Assembly (NCBI GenBank): GCA_964057225.1
Contig: OZ059895.1
Span: 21,762,001-21,826,000, forward strand
Direction: 5' to 3'
Source: Auanema rhodensis
Lineage: Eukaryota > Animalia > Nematoda
DNA: 64,000 bases
The first letter of the stretch is position 1; each line of letters opens with the position of its first letter. The position numbers and the translations under genes were made by a program. Under the pieces are notes generated by a model. It searched no databases. It had not been told where the DNA came from and worked only from the letters and a program-made list of their open reading frames with translations. Below are positions 11,950 to 26,900 of the stretch, in pieces.

Positions 11950-14900
11950 AATGTTTTTGGAAGCAATGTTGAGTGTACATGGAAACTCAACATACACTAA
12001 TGCATCATTTTTCAAACGATCATAGCTAATTTTTGTATTGAGCGTTTCTCAATGTAGAATAGTGCATTCGATGCGGATTTTTAAGCTGCGTCGGTCTGTG
12101 TTATCAGATTTGCGCTAGCTTAAAAATGCACCGAGATATCAACTGATATATGTTCACACTTATATCCTCGATTTTCACCCTGAAGAATTAATTTTTTCGT
12201 TGAATAACAATGTCCATCGTCTTCGCCTTGAAAAAAGGAATCTAAAAACATCTACTTTTTGCTATATTATTTTGATATTTTTCGAAAAAATTTTTGTCAA
12301 AATGTTTTTGGAAGCAATGTTGAGTGTACATGGAAACTCAACATACACTAATGCATCATTTTTCAAACGATCATAACTAATTTTTGTATTGAGCGTTTCT
12401 CAATGTAGTATAGTGCATTCGATGCGGATTTTTAAGCTGCGTCGGTCTGTGTTATCAGATTTGCGCTAGCTTAAAAATGCACCGAGATATCAACTGATAT
12501 ATGTTCACACTTATATCCTCGATTTTCACCCTGAAGAAATTATTTTTTCGTTGAATAACATTGTCCATCGTCTTTGCCTTGAAAAAAGGAATCTAAAAAC
12601 ATCTACTTCTTGCTAAATTATTTTGATATTTTTCGAAAAAATTTTTGTCAAAATGTTTTTGGAAGCAATGTTGAGTGTACATGGAAACTCAACATACACT
12701 AATGCATCATTTTTCAAACGATCATAACTAATTTTTGTATTGAGCGTTTCTCAATGTAGTATAGTGCATTCGATGCGGATTTTTAAGCTGCGTCGATCTG
12801 TGTTATCAGATTTGCGCTAGCTTAAAAATGCACCGAGATATCAACTGATATATGTTCACACTTATATCCTCGATTTTCACCCTGAAGAAATTATTTTTTC
12901 GTTGAATAACATTGTCCATCGTCTTTGCCTTGAAAAAAGGAATCTAAAAACATCTACTTCTTGCTAAATTATTTTGATATTTTTCGAAAAAATTTTTGTC
13001 AAAATGTTTTTGGAAGCAATGTTGAGTGTACATGGAAACTCAACATACACTAATGCATCATTTTTCAAACGATCATAACTAATTTTTGTATTAAGCGTTT
13101 CTCAATGTAGTATAGTGCATTCGATGCGGATTTTTAAGCTGCGTCGATCTGTGTTATCAGATTTGCGCTAGCTTAAAAATGCACCGAGATATCAACTGAT
13201 ATATGTTCACACTTATATCCTCGATTTTCACCCTGAAGAAATTATTTTTTCGTTGAATAACATTGTCCATCGTCTTTGCCTTGAAAAAAGGAATCTAAAA
13301 ACATCTACTTCTTGCTAAATTATTTTGATATTTTTCGAAAAAATTTTTGTCAAAATGTTTTTGGAAGCAATGTTGAGTGTACATGGAAACTCAACATACA
13401 CTAATGCATCATTTTTCAAACGATCATAGCTAATTTTTGTATTGAGCGTTTCTCAATGTAGAATAGTGCATTCGATGCGGATTTTTAAGCTGCGTCGGTC
13501 TGTGTTATCAGATTTGCGCTAGCTTAAAAATGCACCGAGATATCAACTGATATATGTTCACACTTATATCCTCGATTTTCACCCTGAAGAATTAATTTTT
13601 TCGTTGAATAACAATGTCCATCGTCTTCGCCTTGAAAAAAGGAATCTAAAAACATCTACTTTTTGCTATATTATTTTGAAATTTTTCGAAAAAATTTTTG
13701 TCAAAATGTTTTTGGAAGCAATGTTGAGTGTACATGGAAACTCAACATACACTAATGCATCATTTTTCAAACGATCATAACTAATTTTTGTATTAAGCGT
13801 TTCTCAATGTAGTATAGTGCATTCGATGCGGATTTTTAAGCTGCGTCGATCTGTGTTATCAGATTTGCGCTAGCTTAAAAATGCACCGAGATATCAACTG
13901 ATATAAGTTCACACTTATATCCTCGATTTTCACCCTGAAGAATTAATTTTTTCGTTGAATAACAATGTCCATCGTCTTCGCCTTGAAAGAAGGAATCTAA
14001 AAACATCTACTTTTTGCTAAATTATTTTGAAATTTTTCGAAAAAATTTTTGTCAAAATGTTTTTGGAAGCAATGTTGAGTGTACATGGAAACTCAACATA
14101 CACTAATGCATCATTTTTCAAACGATCATAACTAATTTTTGTATTAAGCGTTTCTCAATGTAGTATAGTGCATTCGATGCGGATTTTTAAGCTGCGTCGA
14201 TCTGTGTTATCAGATTTGCGCTAGCTTAAAAATGCACCGAGATATCAACTGATATAAGTTCACACTTATATCCTCGATTTTCACCCTGAAGAATTAATTT
14301 TTTCGTTGAATAACATCGTCCATCGTCTTTGCTTTGAAAAAAGGAATCTAAAAACATCTACTTTTTGCTAAATTATTCTGAAATTTTTCGAAAAAATTTT
14401 TGTCAAAATGTTTTTGGAAGCAATGTTGAGTGTACATGGAAACTCAACATACACTAATGCATCATTTTTCAAACGATCATAGCTAATTTTTGTATTGAGC
14501 GTTTCTCAATGTAGAATAGTGCATTCGATGCGGATTTTTAAGCTGCGTCGGTCTGTGTTATCAGATTTGCGCTAGCTTAAAAATGCACCGAGATATCAAC
14601 TGATATATGTTCACACTTATATCCTCGATTTTCACCCTGAAGAATTAATTTTTTCGTTGAATAACAATGTCCATCGTCTTCGCCTTGAAAAAAGGAATCT
14701 AAAAACATCTACTTTTTGCTATATTATTTTGAAATTTTTCGAAAAAATTTTTGTCAAAATGTTTTTGGAAGCAATGTTGAGTGTACATGGAAACTCAACA
14801 TACACTAATGCATCATTTTTCAAACGATCATAACTAATTTTTGTATTGAACGTTTCTCAATGTAGTATAGTGCATTCGATGCGGATTTTTAAGCTGCGTC

Positions 14901-17900
14901 GATCTGTGTTATCAGATTTGCGCAGGATTAAAAATGCACCGAGATATCAACTGATATAAGTTCACACTTATATCCTCGATTTTCACCCTGAAGAATTAAT
15001 TTTTTCGTTGAATAACATCGTCCATCGTCTTTGCCTTGAAAAAAGGAATCTAAAAACATCTACTTTTTGCTAAATTATTTTGAAATTTTTCGAAAAAATT
15101 TTTGTCAAAATGTTTTTGGAAGCAATGTTGATTGTACATGGAAACTCAACATACACTAATGCATCATTTTTCAAACGATCATAACTAATTTTTGTATTGA
15201 GCGTTTCTCAATGTAGAAAAGTGCATTCGATGCGGATTTTTAAGCTGCGTCGGTCTGTGTTATCAGATTTGCGCTAGCTTAAAAATGCACCGAGATATCA
15301 ACTGATATATGTTCACACTTATATCCTCGATTTTCACCCTGAAGAATTAATTTTTTCGTTGAATAACAATGTCCATCGTCTTTGCCTTGAAAACAGGAAT
15401 CTAAAAACATCTACTTTTTGCTAAATTATTCTGAAATTTTTCGAAAAAATTTTTGTCAAAATGTTTTTGGAAGCAATGTTGAGTGTACATGGAAACTCAA
15501 CATACACTAATGCATCATTTTTCAAACGATCATAACTAATTTTTGTATTGAGCGTTTCTCAATGTAGAATAGTGCATTCGATGCGGATTTTCAAGCTGCG
15601 TCGGTCTGTGTTATCAGATTTGCGCTAGCTTAAAAATGCACCGAGATATCAACTGATATATGTTCACACTTATATCCTCGATTTTCACCCTGAAGAATTA
15701 ATTATTTCGTTGAATAACAATGTCCATCGTCTTTGCCTCGAAAAAAGGAATCTAAAAACATCTACTTTTTGCTAAATTATTCTGAAATTTTTCGAAAAAA
15801 TTTTTGTCAAAATGTTTTTGGAAGCAATGTTGAGTGTACATGGAAACTCAACATACACTAATGCATCATTTTTCAAACGATCATAACTAATTTTTGTATT
15901 GAGCGTTTCTCAATGTAGAATAGTGCATTCGATGCGGATTTTTAAGCTGCGTCGGTCTGTGTTATCAGATTTGCGCTAGCTTAAAAATGCACCGAGATAT
16001 CAACTGATATATGTTCACACTTATATCCTCGATTTTCACCCTGAAGAATTAATTTTTTCGTTGAATAACAATGTCCATCGTCTTCGCCTTGAAAAAAGGA
16101 ATCTAAAAACATCTTCTTTTTGCTAAATTATTCTGAAATATTTCGAAAAAATTTTTGTCAAAATGTTTTTGGAAGCAATGTTGAGTGTACATGGAAACTC
16201 AACATACACTAATGCATCATTTTTCAAACGATCATAACTAATTTTTGTATTGAGCGTTTCTCAATGTAGAATAGTGCATTCGATGCGGATTTTTAAGCTG
16301 CGTCGGTCTGTGTTATCAGATTTGCGCTAGCTTAAAAATGCACCGAGATATCAACTGATATATGTTCACACTTATATCCTCGATTTTCACCCTGAAGAAT
16401 TAATTTTTTCGTTGAATAACAATGTCCATCGTCTTCGCCTTGAAAAAAGGAATCTAAAAACATCTTCTTTTTGCTAAATTATTCTGAAATTTTTCGAAAA
16501 AATTTTTGTCAAAATGTTTTTGGAAGCAATGTTGAGTGTACATGGAAACTCAACATACACTAATGCATCATTTTTCAAACGATCATAACTAATCTTTGTA
16601 TTGAGCGTTTCTCAATGTAGAATAGTGCATTCGATGCGGATTTTTAAGCTGCGTCGATCTGTGTTATCAGATTTGCGCTAGCTTAAAAATGCACCGAGAT
16701 ATCAACTGATATATGTTCACACTTATATCCTCGATTTTCACCCTGAAGAAATTATTTTTTCGTTGAATAACATTGTCCATCGTCTTTGCCTTGAAAAAAG
16801 GAATCTAAAAACATCTACTTTTTGCTAAATTATTTTGAAATTTTTCGAAAAAATTTTTGTCAAAATGTTTTTGGAAGCAATGTTGATTGTACATGGAAAC
16901 TCAACATACACTAATGCATCATTTTTCAAACGATCATAACTAATTTTTGTATTGAGCGTTTCTCAATGTAGTATAGTGCATTCGATGCGGATTTTTAAGC
17001 TGCGTCGGTCTGTGTTATCAGATTTGCGCTAGCTTAAAAATGCACCGAGATATCAACTGATATATGTTCACACTTATATCCTCGATTTTCACCCTGAAGA
17101 ATTAATTTTTTCGTTGAATAACATTGTCCATCGTCTTTGCCTTGAAAAAAGGAATCTAAAAACATCTACTTCTTGCTAAATTATTTTGATATTTTTCGAA
17201 AAAATTTTTGTCAAAATGTTTTTGGAAGCAATGTTGAGTGTACATGGAAACTCAACATACACTAATGCATCATTTTTCAAACGATCATAACTAATTTTTG
17301 TATTAAGCGTTTCTCAATGTAGTATAGTGCATTCGATGCGGATTTTTAAGCTGCGTCGGTCTGTGTTATCAGATTTGCGCTAGCTTAAAAATGCACCGAG
17401 ATATCAACTGATATATGTTCACACTTATATCCTCGATTTTCACCCTGAAGAATTAATTTTTTCGTTGAATAACATTGTCCATCGTCTTCGCCTTGAAAAA
17501 AGGAATCTAAAAACATCTACTTTTTGCTAAATTATTTTGAAATTTTTCGAAAAAATTTTTGTCAAAATGTTTTTGGAAGCAATGTTGAGTGTACATGGAA
17601 ACTCAACATACACTAATGCATCATTTTTCAAACGATCATAACTAATTTCTGTATTGAACGTTTCTCAATGTAGTATAGTGCATTCGATGCGGATTTTTAA
17701 GCTGCGTCGATCTGTGTTATCAGATTTGCGCTAGCTTAAAAATGCACCGAGATATCAACTGATATATGTTCACACTTATATCCTCGATTTTCACCCTGAA
17801 GAATTAATTTTTTCGTTGAATAACATTGTCCATCGTCTTCGCCTTGAAAAAAGGAATCTAAAAACATCTACTTTTTGCTAAATTATTTTGAAATTTTTCG

Positions 17901-20900
17901 AAAAAATTTTTGTCAAAATGTTTTTGGAAGCAATGTTGAGTGTACATGGAAACTCAACATACACTAATGCATCATTTTTCAAACGATCATAACTAATTTT
18001 TGTATTGAACGTTTCTCAATGTAGTATAGTGCATTCGATGCGGATTTTTAAGCTGCGTCGATCTGTGTTATCAGATTTGCGCAGGATTAAAAATGCACCG
18101 AGATATCAACTGATATAAGTTCACACTTATATCCTCGATTTTCACCCTGAAGAATTAATTTTTTCGTTGAATAACATCGTCCATCGTCTTTGCCTTGAAA
18201 AAAGGAATCTAAAAACATCTACTTTTTGCTAAATTATTTTGAAATTTTTCGAAAAAATTTTTGTCAAAATGTTTTTGGAAGCAATGTTGATTGTACATGG
18301 AAACTCAACATACACTAATGCATCATTTTTCAAACGATCATAACTAATTTTTGTATTGAGCGTTTCTCAATGTAGAAAAGTGCATTCGATGCGGATTTTT
18401 AAGCTGCGTCGGTCTGTGTTATCAGATTTGCGCTAGCTTAAAAATGCACCGAGATATCAACTGATATATGTTCACACTTATATCCTCGATTTTCACCCTG
18501 AAGAATTAATTTTTTCGTTGAATAACAATGTCCATCGTCTTTGCCTTGAAAAAAGGAATCTAAAAACATCTACTTTTTGCTAAATTATTTTGAAATTTTT
18601 CGAAAAAATTTTTGTCAAAATGTTTTTGGAAGCAATGTTGATTGTACATGGAAACTCAACATACACTAATGCATCATTTTTCAAACGATCATAACTAATT
18701 TTTGTATTGAGCGTTTCTCAATGTAGAAAAGTGCATTCGATGCGGATTTTTAAGCTGCGTCGGTCTGTGTTATCAGATTTGCGCTAGCTTAAAAATGCAC
18801 CGAGATATCAACTGATATATGTTCACACTTATATCCTCGATTTTCACCCTGAAGAATTAATTTTTTCGTTGAATAACAATGTCCATCGTCTTTGCCTTGA
18901 AAAAAGGAATCTAAAAACATCTACTTTTTGCTAAATTAGTCTGAAATTTTTCGAAAAAATTTTTGTCAAAATGTTTTTGGAAGCAATGTTGAGTGTACAT
19001 GGAAACTCAACATACACTAATGCATCATTTTTCAAACGATCATAACTAATTTTTGTATTGAGCGTTTCTCAATGTAGAATAGTGCATTCGATGCGGATTT
19101 TTAAGCTGCGTCGGTCTGTGTTATCAGATTTGCGCTAGCTTAAAAATGCACCGAGATATCAACTGATATATGTTCACACTTATATCCTCGATTTTCACCC
19201 TGAAGAATTAATTTTTTCGTTGAATAACAATGTCCATCGTCTTTGCCTTGAAAAAAGGAATCTAAAAATATCTACTTTTTGCTAAATTATTCTGAAATTT
19301 TTCGAAAAAATTTTTGTCAAAATGTTTTTGGAAGCAATGTTGAGTGTACATGGAAACTCAACATACACTAATGCATCATTTTTCAAACGATCATAACTAA
19401 TTTTTGTATTGAGCGTTTCTCAATGTAGAATAGTGCATTCGATGCGGATTTTTAAGCTGCGTCGGTCTGTGTTATCAGATTTGCGCTAGCTTAAAAATGC
19501 ACCGAGATATCAACTGATATAAGTTCACACTTATATCCTCGATTTTCACCCTGAAGAATTAATTTTTTCGTTGAATAACATTGTCCATCGTCTTTGCCTT
19601 GAAAAAAGGAATCTAAAAACATCTACTTTTTGCTAAATTATTTTGAAATTTTTCGAAAAAATTTTTGTCAAAATGTTTTTGGAAGCAATGTTGATTGTAC
19701 ATGGAAACTCAACATACACTAATGCATCATTTTTCAAACGATCATAACTAATTTTTGTATTGAGCGTTTCTCAATGTAGAAAAGTGCATTCGATGCGGAT
19801 TTTTAAGCTGCGTCGGTCTGTGTTATCAGATTTGCGCTAGCTTAAAAATGCACCGAGATATCAACTGATATATGTTCACACTTATATCCTCGATTTTCAC
19901 CCTGAAGAATTAATTTTTTCGTTGAATAACAATGTCCATCGTCTTTGCCTTGAAAAAAGGAATCTAAAAACATCTACTTTTTGCTAAATTATTCTGAAAT
20001 TTTTCGAAAAAATTTTTGTCAAAATGTTTTTGGAAGCAATGTTGAGTGTACATGGAAACTCAACATACACTAATGCATCATTTTTCAAACGATCATAACT
20101 AATTTTTGTATTGAGCGTTTCTCAATGTAGAATAGTGCATTCGATGCGGATTTTCAAGCTGCGTCGGTCTGTGTTATCAGATTTGCGCTAGCTTAAAAAT
20201 GCACCGAGATATCAACTGATATATGTTCACACTTATATCCTCGATTTTCACCCTGAAGAATTAATTTTTTCGTTGAATAACAATGTCCATCGTCTTTGCC
20301 TCGAAAAAAGGAATCTAAAAACATCTACTTTTTGCTAAATTATTCTGAAATTTTTCGAAAAAATTTTTGTCAAAATGTTTTTGGAAGCAATGTTGAGTGT
20401 ACATGGAAACTCAACATACACTAATGCATCATTTTTCAAACGATCATAACTAATTTTTGTATTGAGCGTTTCTCAATGTAGAATAGTGCATTCGATGCGG
20501 ATTTTTAAGCTGCGTCGGTCTGTGTTATCAGATTTGCGCTAGCTTAAAAATGCACCGAGATATCAACTGATATATGTTCACACTTATATCCTCGATTTTC
20601 ACCCTGAAGAATTAATTTTTTCGTTGAATAACAATGTCCATCGTCTTCGCCTTGAAAAAAGGAATCTAAAAACATCTTCTTTTTGCTAAATTATTCTGAA
20701 ATTTTTCGAAAAAATTTTTGTCAAAATGTTTTTGGAAGCAATGTTGAGTGTACATGGAAACTCAACATACACTAATGCATCATTTTTCAAACGATCATAA
20801 CTAATTTTTGTATTGAGCGTTTCTCAATGTAGAATAGTGCATTCGATGCGGATTTTTAAGCTGCGTCGGTCTGTGTTATCAGATTTGCGCTAGCTTAAAA

Positions 20901-23900
20901 ATGCACCGAGATATCAACTGATATATGTTCACACTTATATCCTCGATTTTCACCCTGAAGAATTAATTTTTTCGTTGAATAACAATGTCCATCGTCTTCG
21001 CCTTGAAAAAAGGAATCTAAAAACATCTACTTTTTGCTAAATTATTTTGAAATTTTTCGAAAAAATTTTTGTCAAAATGTTTTTGGAAGCAATGTTGAGT
21101 GTACATGGAAACTCAACATACACTAATGCATCATTTTTCAAACGATCATAACTAATTTTTGTATTAAGCGTTTCTCAATGTAGTATAGTGCATTCGATGC
21201 GGATTTTTAAGCTGCGTCGATCTGTGTTATCAGATTTGCGCTAGCTTAAAAATGCACCGAGATATCAACTGATATAAGTTCACACTTATATCCTCGATTT
21301 TCACCCTGAAGAATTAATTTTTTCGTTGAATAACATCGTCCATCGTCTTTGCTTTGAAAAAAGGAATCTAAAAACATCTACTTTTTGCTAAATTATTCTG
21401 AAATTTTTCGAAAAAATTTTTGTCAAAATGTTTTTGGAAGCAATGTTGAGTGTACATGGAAACTCAACATACACTAATGCATCATTTTTCAAACGATCAT
21501 AACTAATTTTTGTATTGAGCGTTTCTCAATGTAGAATAGTGCATTCGATGCGGATTTTTAAGCTGCGTCGGTCTGTGTTATCAGATTTGCGCTAGCTTAA
21601 AAATGCACCGAGATATCAACTGATATATGTTCACACTTATATCCTCGATTTTCACCCTGAAGAATTAATTTTTTCGTTGAATAACAATGTCCATCGTCTT
21701 CGCCTTGAAAAAAGGAATCTAAAAACATCTTCTTTTTGCTAAATTATTTTGAAATTTTTCGAAAAAATTTTTGTCAAAATGTTTTTGGAAGCAATGTTGA
21801 GTGTACATGGAAACTCAACATACACTAATGCATCATTTTTCAAACGATCATAACTAATTTTTGTATTGAGCGTTTCTCAATGTAGAATAGTGCATTCGAT
21901 GCGGATTTTCAAGCTGCGTCGGTCTGTGTTATCAGATTTGCGCTAGCTTAAAAATGCACCGAGATATCAACTGATATATGTTCACACTTATATCCTCGAT
22001 TTTCACCCTGAAGAATTAATTTTTTCGTTGAATAACAATGTCCATCGTCTTTGCCTCGAAAAAAGGAATCTAAAAACATCTACTTTTTGCTAAATTATTC
22101 TGAAATTTTTCGAAAAAATTTTTGTCAAAATGTTTTTGGAAGCAATGTTGAGTGTACATGGAAACTCAACATACACTAATGCATCATTTTTCAAACGATC
22201 ATAACTAATTTTTGTATTGAGCGTTTCTCAATGTAGAATAGTGCATTCGATGCGGATTTTTAAGCTGCGTCGGTCTGTGTTATCAGATTTGCGCTAGCTT
22301 AAAAATGCACCGAGATATCAACTGATATATGTTCACACTTATATCCTCGATTTTCACCCTGAAAAATTAATTTTTTCGTTGAATAACAATGTCCATCGTC
22401 TTCGCCTTGAAAAAAGGAATCTAAAAACATCTACTTTTTGCTAAATTATTTTGAAATTTTTCGAAAAAATTTTTGTCAAAATGTTTTTGGAAGCAATGTT
22501 GAGTGTACATGGAAACTCAACATACACTAATGCATCATTTTTCAAACGATCATAACTAATTTTTGTATTAAGCGTTTCTCAATGTAGTATAGTGCATTCG
22601 ATGCGGATTTTTAAGCTGCGTCGATCTGTGTTATCAGATTTGCGCTAGCTTAAAAATGCACCGAGATATCAACTGATATAAGTTCACACTTATATCCTCG
22701 ATTTTCACCCTGAAGAATTAATTTTTTCGTTGAATAACATCGTCCATCGTCTTTGCTTTGAAAAAAGGAATCTAAAAACATCTACTTTTTGCTAAATTAT
22801 TCTGAAATTTTTCGAAAAAATTTTTGTCAAAATGTTTTTGGAAGCAATGTTGAGTGTACATGGAAACTCAACATACACTAATGCATCATTTTTCAAACGA
22901 TCATAACTAATTTTTGTATCGAGCGTTTCTCAATGTAGAATAGTGCATTCGATGCGGATTTTTAAGCTGCGTCGGTCTGTGTTATCAGATTTGCGCTAGC
23001 TTAAAAATGCACCGAGATATCAACTGATATATGTTCACACTTATATCCTCGATTTTCACCCTGAAGAATTAATTTTTTCGTTGAATAACAATGTCCATCG
23101 TCTTCGCCTTGAAAAAAGGAATCTAAAAACATCTACTTTTTGCTATATTATTTTGAAATTTTTCGAAAAAATTTTTGTCAAAATGTTTTTGGAAGCAATG
23201 TTGAGTGTACATGGAAACTCAACATACACTAATGCATCATTTTTCAAACGATCATAACTAATTTTTGTATTGAGCGTTTCTCAATGTAGAATAGTGCATT
23301 CGATGCGGATTTTTAAGCTGCGTCGGTCTGTGTTATCAGATTTGCGCTAGCTTAAAAATGCACCGAGATATCAACTGATATATGTTCACACTTATATCCT
23401 CGATTTTCACCCTGAAAAATTAATTTTTTCGTTGAATAACAATGTCCATCGTCTTCGCCTTGAAAAAAGGAATCTAAAAACATCTACTTTTTGCTAAATT
23501 ATTTTGAAATTTTTCGAAAAAATTTTTGTCAAAATGTTTTTGGAAGCAATGTTGAGTGTACATGGAAACTCAACATACACTAATGCATCATTTTTCAAAC
23601 GATCATAACTAATTTTTGTATTAAGCGTTTCTCAATGTAGTATAGTGCATTCGATGCGGATTTTTAAGCTGCGTCGATCTGTGTTATCAGATTTGCGCTA
23701 GCTTAAAAATGCACCGAGATATCAACTGATATAAGTTCACACTTATATCCTCGATTTTCACCCTGAAGAATTAATTTTTTCGTTGAATAACATCGTCCAT
23801 CGTCTTTGCTTTGAAAAAAGGAATCTAAAAACATCTACTTTTTGCTAAATTATTCTGAAATTTTTCGAAAAAATTTTTGTCAAAATGTTTTTGGAAGCAA

Positions 23901-26900
23901 TGTTGAGTGTACATGGAAACTCAACATACACTAATGCATCATTTTTCAAACGATCATAACTAATTTTTGTATTAAGCGTTTCTCAATGTAGTATAGTGCA
24001 TTCGATGCGGATTTTTAAGCTGCGTCGATCTGTGTTATCAGATTTGCGCTAGCTTAAAAATGCACCGAGATATCAACTGATATATGTTCACACTTATGTC
24101 CTCGATTTTCACCCTGAAGAATTAATTTTTTCGTTGAATAACAATGTCCATCGTCTTCGCCTTGAAAAAAGGAATCTAAAAACATCTACTTTTTGCTATA
24201 TTATATTGAAATTTTTCGAAAAAATTTTTGTCAAAATGTTTTTGGAAGCAATGTTGAGTGTACATGGAAACTCAACATACACTAATGCATCATTTTTCAA
24301 ACGATCATAACTAATTTTTGTATTGAGCGTTTCTCAATGTAGTATAGTGCATTCGATGCGGATTTTTAAGCTGCGTCGATCTGTGTTATCAGATTTGCGC
24401 AGGATTAAAAATGCACCGAGATATCAACTGATATAAGTTCACACTTATATCCTCGATTTTCACCCTGAAGAATTAATTTTTTCGTTGAATAACATCGTCC
24501 ATCGTCTTTGCCTTGAAAAAAGGAATCTAAAAACATCTACTTTTTGCTAAATTATTTTGAAATTTTTCGAAAAAATTTTTGTCAAAATGTTTTTGGAAGC
24601 AATGTTGATTGTACATGGAAACTCAACATACACTAATGCATCATTTTTCAAACGATCATAACTAATTTTTGTATTGAGCGTTTCTCAATGTAGAAAAGTG
24701 CATTCGATGCGGATTTTTAAGCTGCGTCGGTCTGTGTTATCAGATTTGCGCTAGCTTAAAAATGCACCGAGATATCAACTGATATATGTTCACACTTATA
24801 TCCTCGATTTTCACCCTGAAGAATTAATTTTTTCGTTGAATAACAATGTCCATCGTCTTTGCCTTGAAAAAAGGAATCTAAAAACATCTACTTTTTGCTA
24901 AATTATTCTGAAATTTTTCGAAAAAATTTTTGTCAAAATGTTTTTGGAAGCAATGTTGAGTGTACATGGAAACTCAACATACACTAATGCATCATTTTTC
25001 AAACGATCATAACTAATTTTTGTATTGAGCGTTTCTCAATGTAGAATAGTGCATTCGATGCGGATTTTCAAGCTGCGTCGGTCTGTGTTATCAGATTTGC
25101 GCTAGCTTAAAAATGCACCGAGATATCAACTGATATATGTTCACACTTATATCCTCGATTTTCACCCTGAAGAATTAATTTTTTCGTTGAATAACAATGT
25201 CCATCGTCTTTGCCTCGAAAAAAGGAATCTAAAAACATCTACTTTTCGCTAAATTATTCTGAAATTTTTCGAAAAAATTTTTGTCAAAATGTTTTTGGAA
25301 GCAATGTTGAGTGTACATGGAAACTCAACATACACTAATGCATCATTTTTCAAACGATCATAACTAATTTTTGTATTGAGCGTTTCTCAATGTAGAATAG
25401 TGCATTCGATGCGGATTTTTAAGCTGCGTCGGTCTGTGTTATCAGATTTGCGCTAGCTTAAAAATGCACCGAGATATCAACTGATATATGTTCACACTTA
25501 TATCCTCGATTTTCACCCTGAAAAATTAATTTTTTCGTTGAATAACAATGTCCATCGTCTTCGCCTTGAAAAAAGGAATCTAAAAACATCTACTTTTTGC
25601 TAAATTATTTTGAAATTTTTCGAAAAAATTTTTGTCAAAATGTTTTTGGAAGCAATGTTGAGTGTACATGGAAACTCAACATACACTAATGCATCATTTT
25701 TCAAACGATCATAACTAATTTTTGTATTAAGCGTTTCTCAATGTAGTATAGTGCATTCGATGCGGATTTTTAAGCTGCGTCGATCTGTGTTATCAGATTT
25801 GCGCTAGCTTAAAAATGCACCGAGATATCAACTGATATAAGTTCACACTTATATCCTCGATTTTCACCCTGAAGAATTAATTTTTTCGTTGAATAACATC
25901 GTCCATCGTCTTTGCTTTGAAAAAAGGAATCTAAAAACATCTACTTTTTGCTAAATTATTCTGAAATTTTTCGAAAAAATTTTTGTCAAAATGTTTTTGG
26001 AAGCAATGTTGAGTGTACATGGAAACTCAACATACACTAATGCATCATTTTTCAAACGATCATAACTAATTTTTGTATTGAGCGTTTCTCAATGTAGAAT
26101 AGTGCATTCGATGCGGATTTTTAAGCTGCGTCGGTCTGTGTTATCAGATTTGCGCTAGCTTAAAAATGCACCGAGATATCAACTGATATATGTTCACACT
26201 TATATCCTCGATTTTCACCCTGAAGAATTAATTTTTTCGTTGAATAACAATGTCCATCGTCTTCGCCTTGAAAAAAGGAATCTAAAAACATCTTCTTTTT
26301 GCTAAATTATTTTGAAATTTTTCGAAAAAATTTTTGTCAAAATGTTTTTGGAAGCAATGTTGAGTGTACATGGAAACTCAACATACACTAATGCATCATT
26401 TTTCAAACGATCATAACTAATTTTTGTATTGAGCGTTTCTCAATGTAGAATAGTGCATTCGATGCGGATTTTTAAGCTGCGTCGGTCTGTGTTATCAGAT
26501 TTGCGCTAGCTTAAAAATGCCCCGAGATATCAACTGATATATGTTCACACTTATATCCTCGATTTTCACCCTGAAGAATTAATTTTTTCGTTGAATAACA
26601 ATGTCCATCGTTTTCGCCTTGAAAAAAGGAATCTAAAAACATCTTCTTTTTGCTAAATTATTTTGAAATTTTTCGAAAAAATTTTTGTCAAAATGTTTTT
26701 GGAAGCAATGTTGAGTGTACATGGAAACTCAACATACACTAATGCATCATTTTTCAAACGATCATAACTAATTTTTGTATTAAGCGTTTCTCAATGTAGT
26801 ATAGTGCATTCGATGCGGATTTTTAAGCTGCGTCGATCTGTGTTATCAGATTTGCGCTAGCTTAAAAATGCACCGAGATATCAACTGATATAAGTTCACA

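Larger units (their letters stand above)
1..11950. repeat. Haplotype domain A (most homogeneous monomers)
   Basis: Monomers carry GAAATTATTT (m250-259), mostly ACTTCTTG (m323 C), GTAGTAT, CGATCT and GATATATG. Many neighbouring copies appear identical. The last A-type markers are near 16750 and 17172. Confidence 0.85.
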
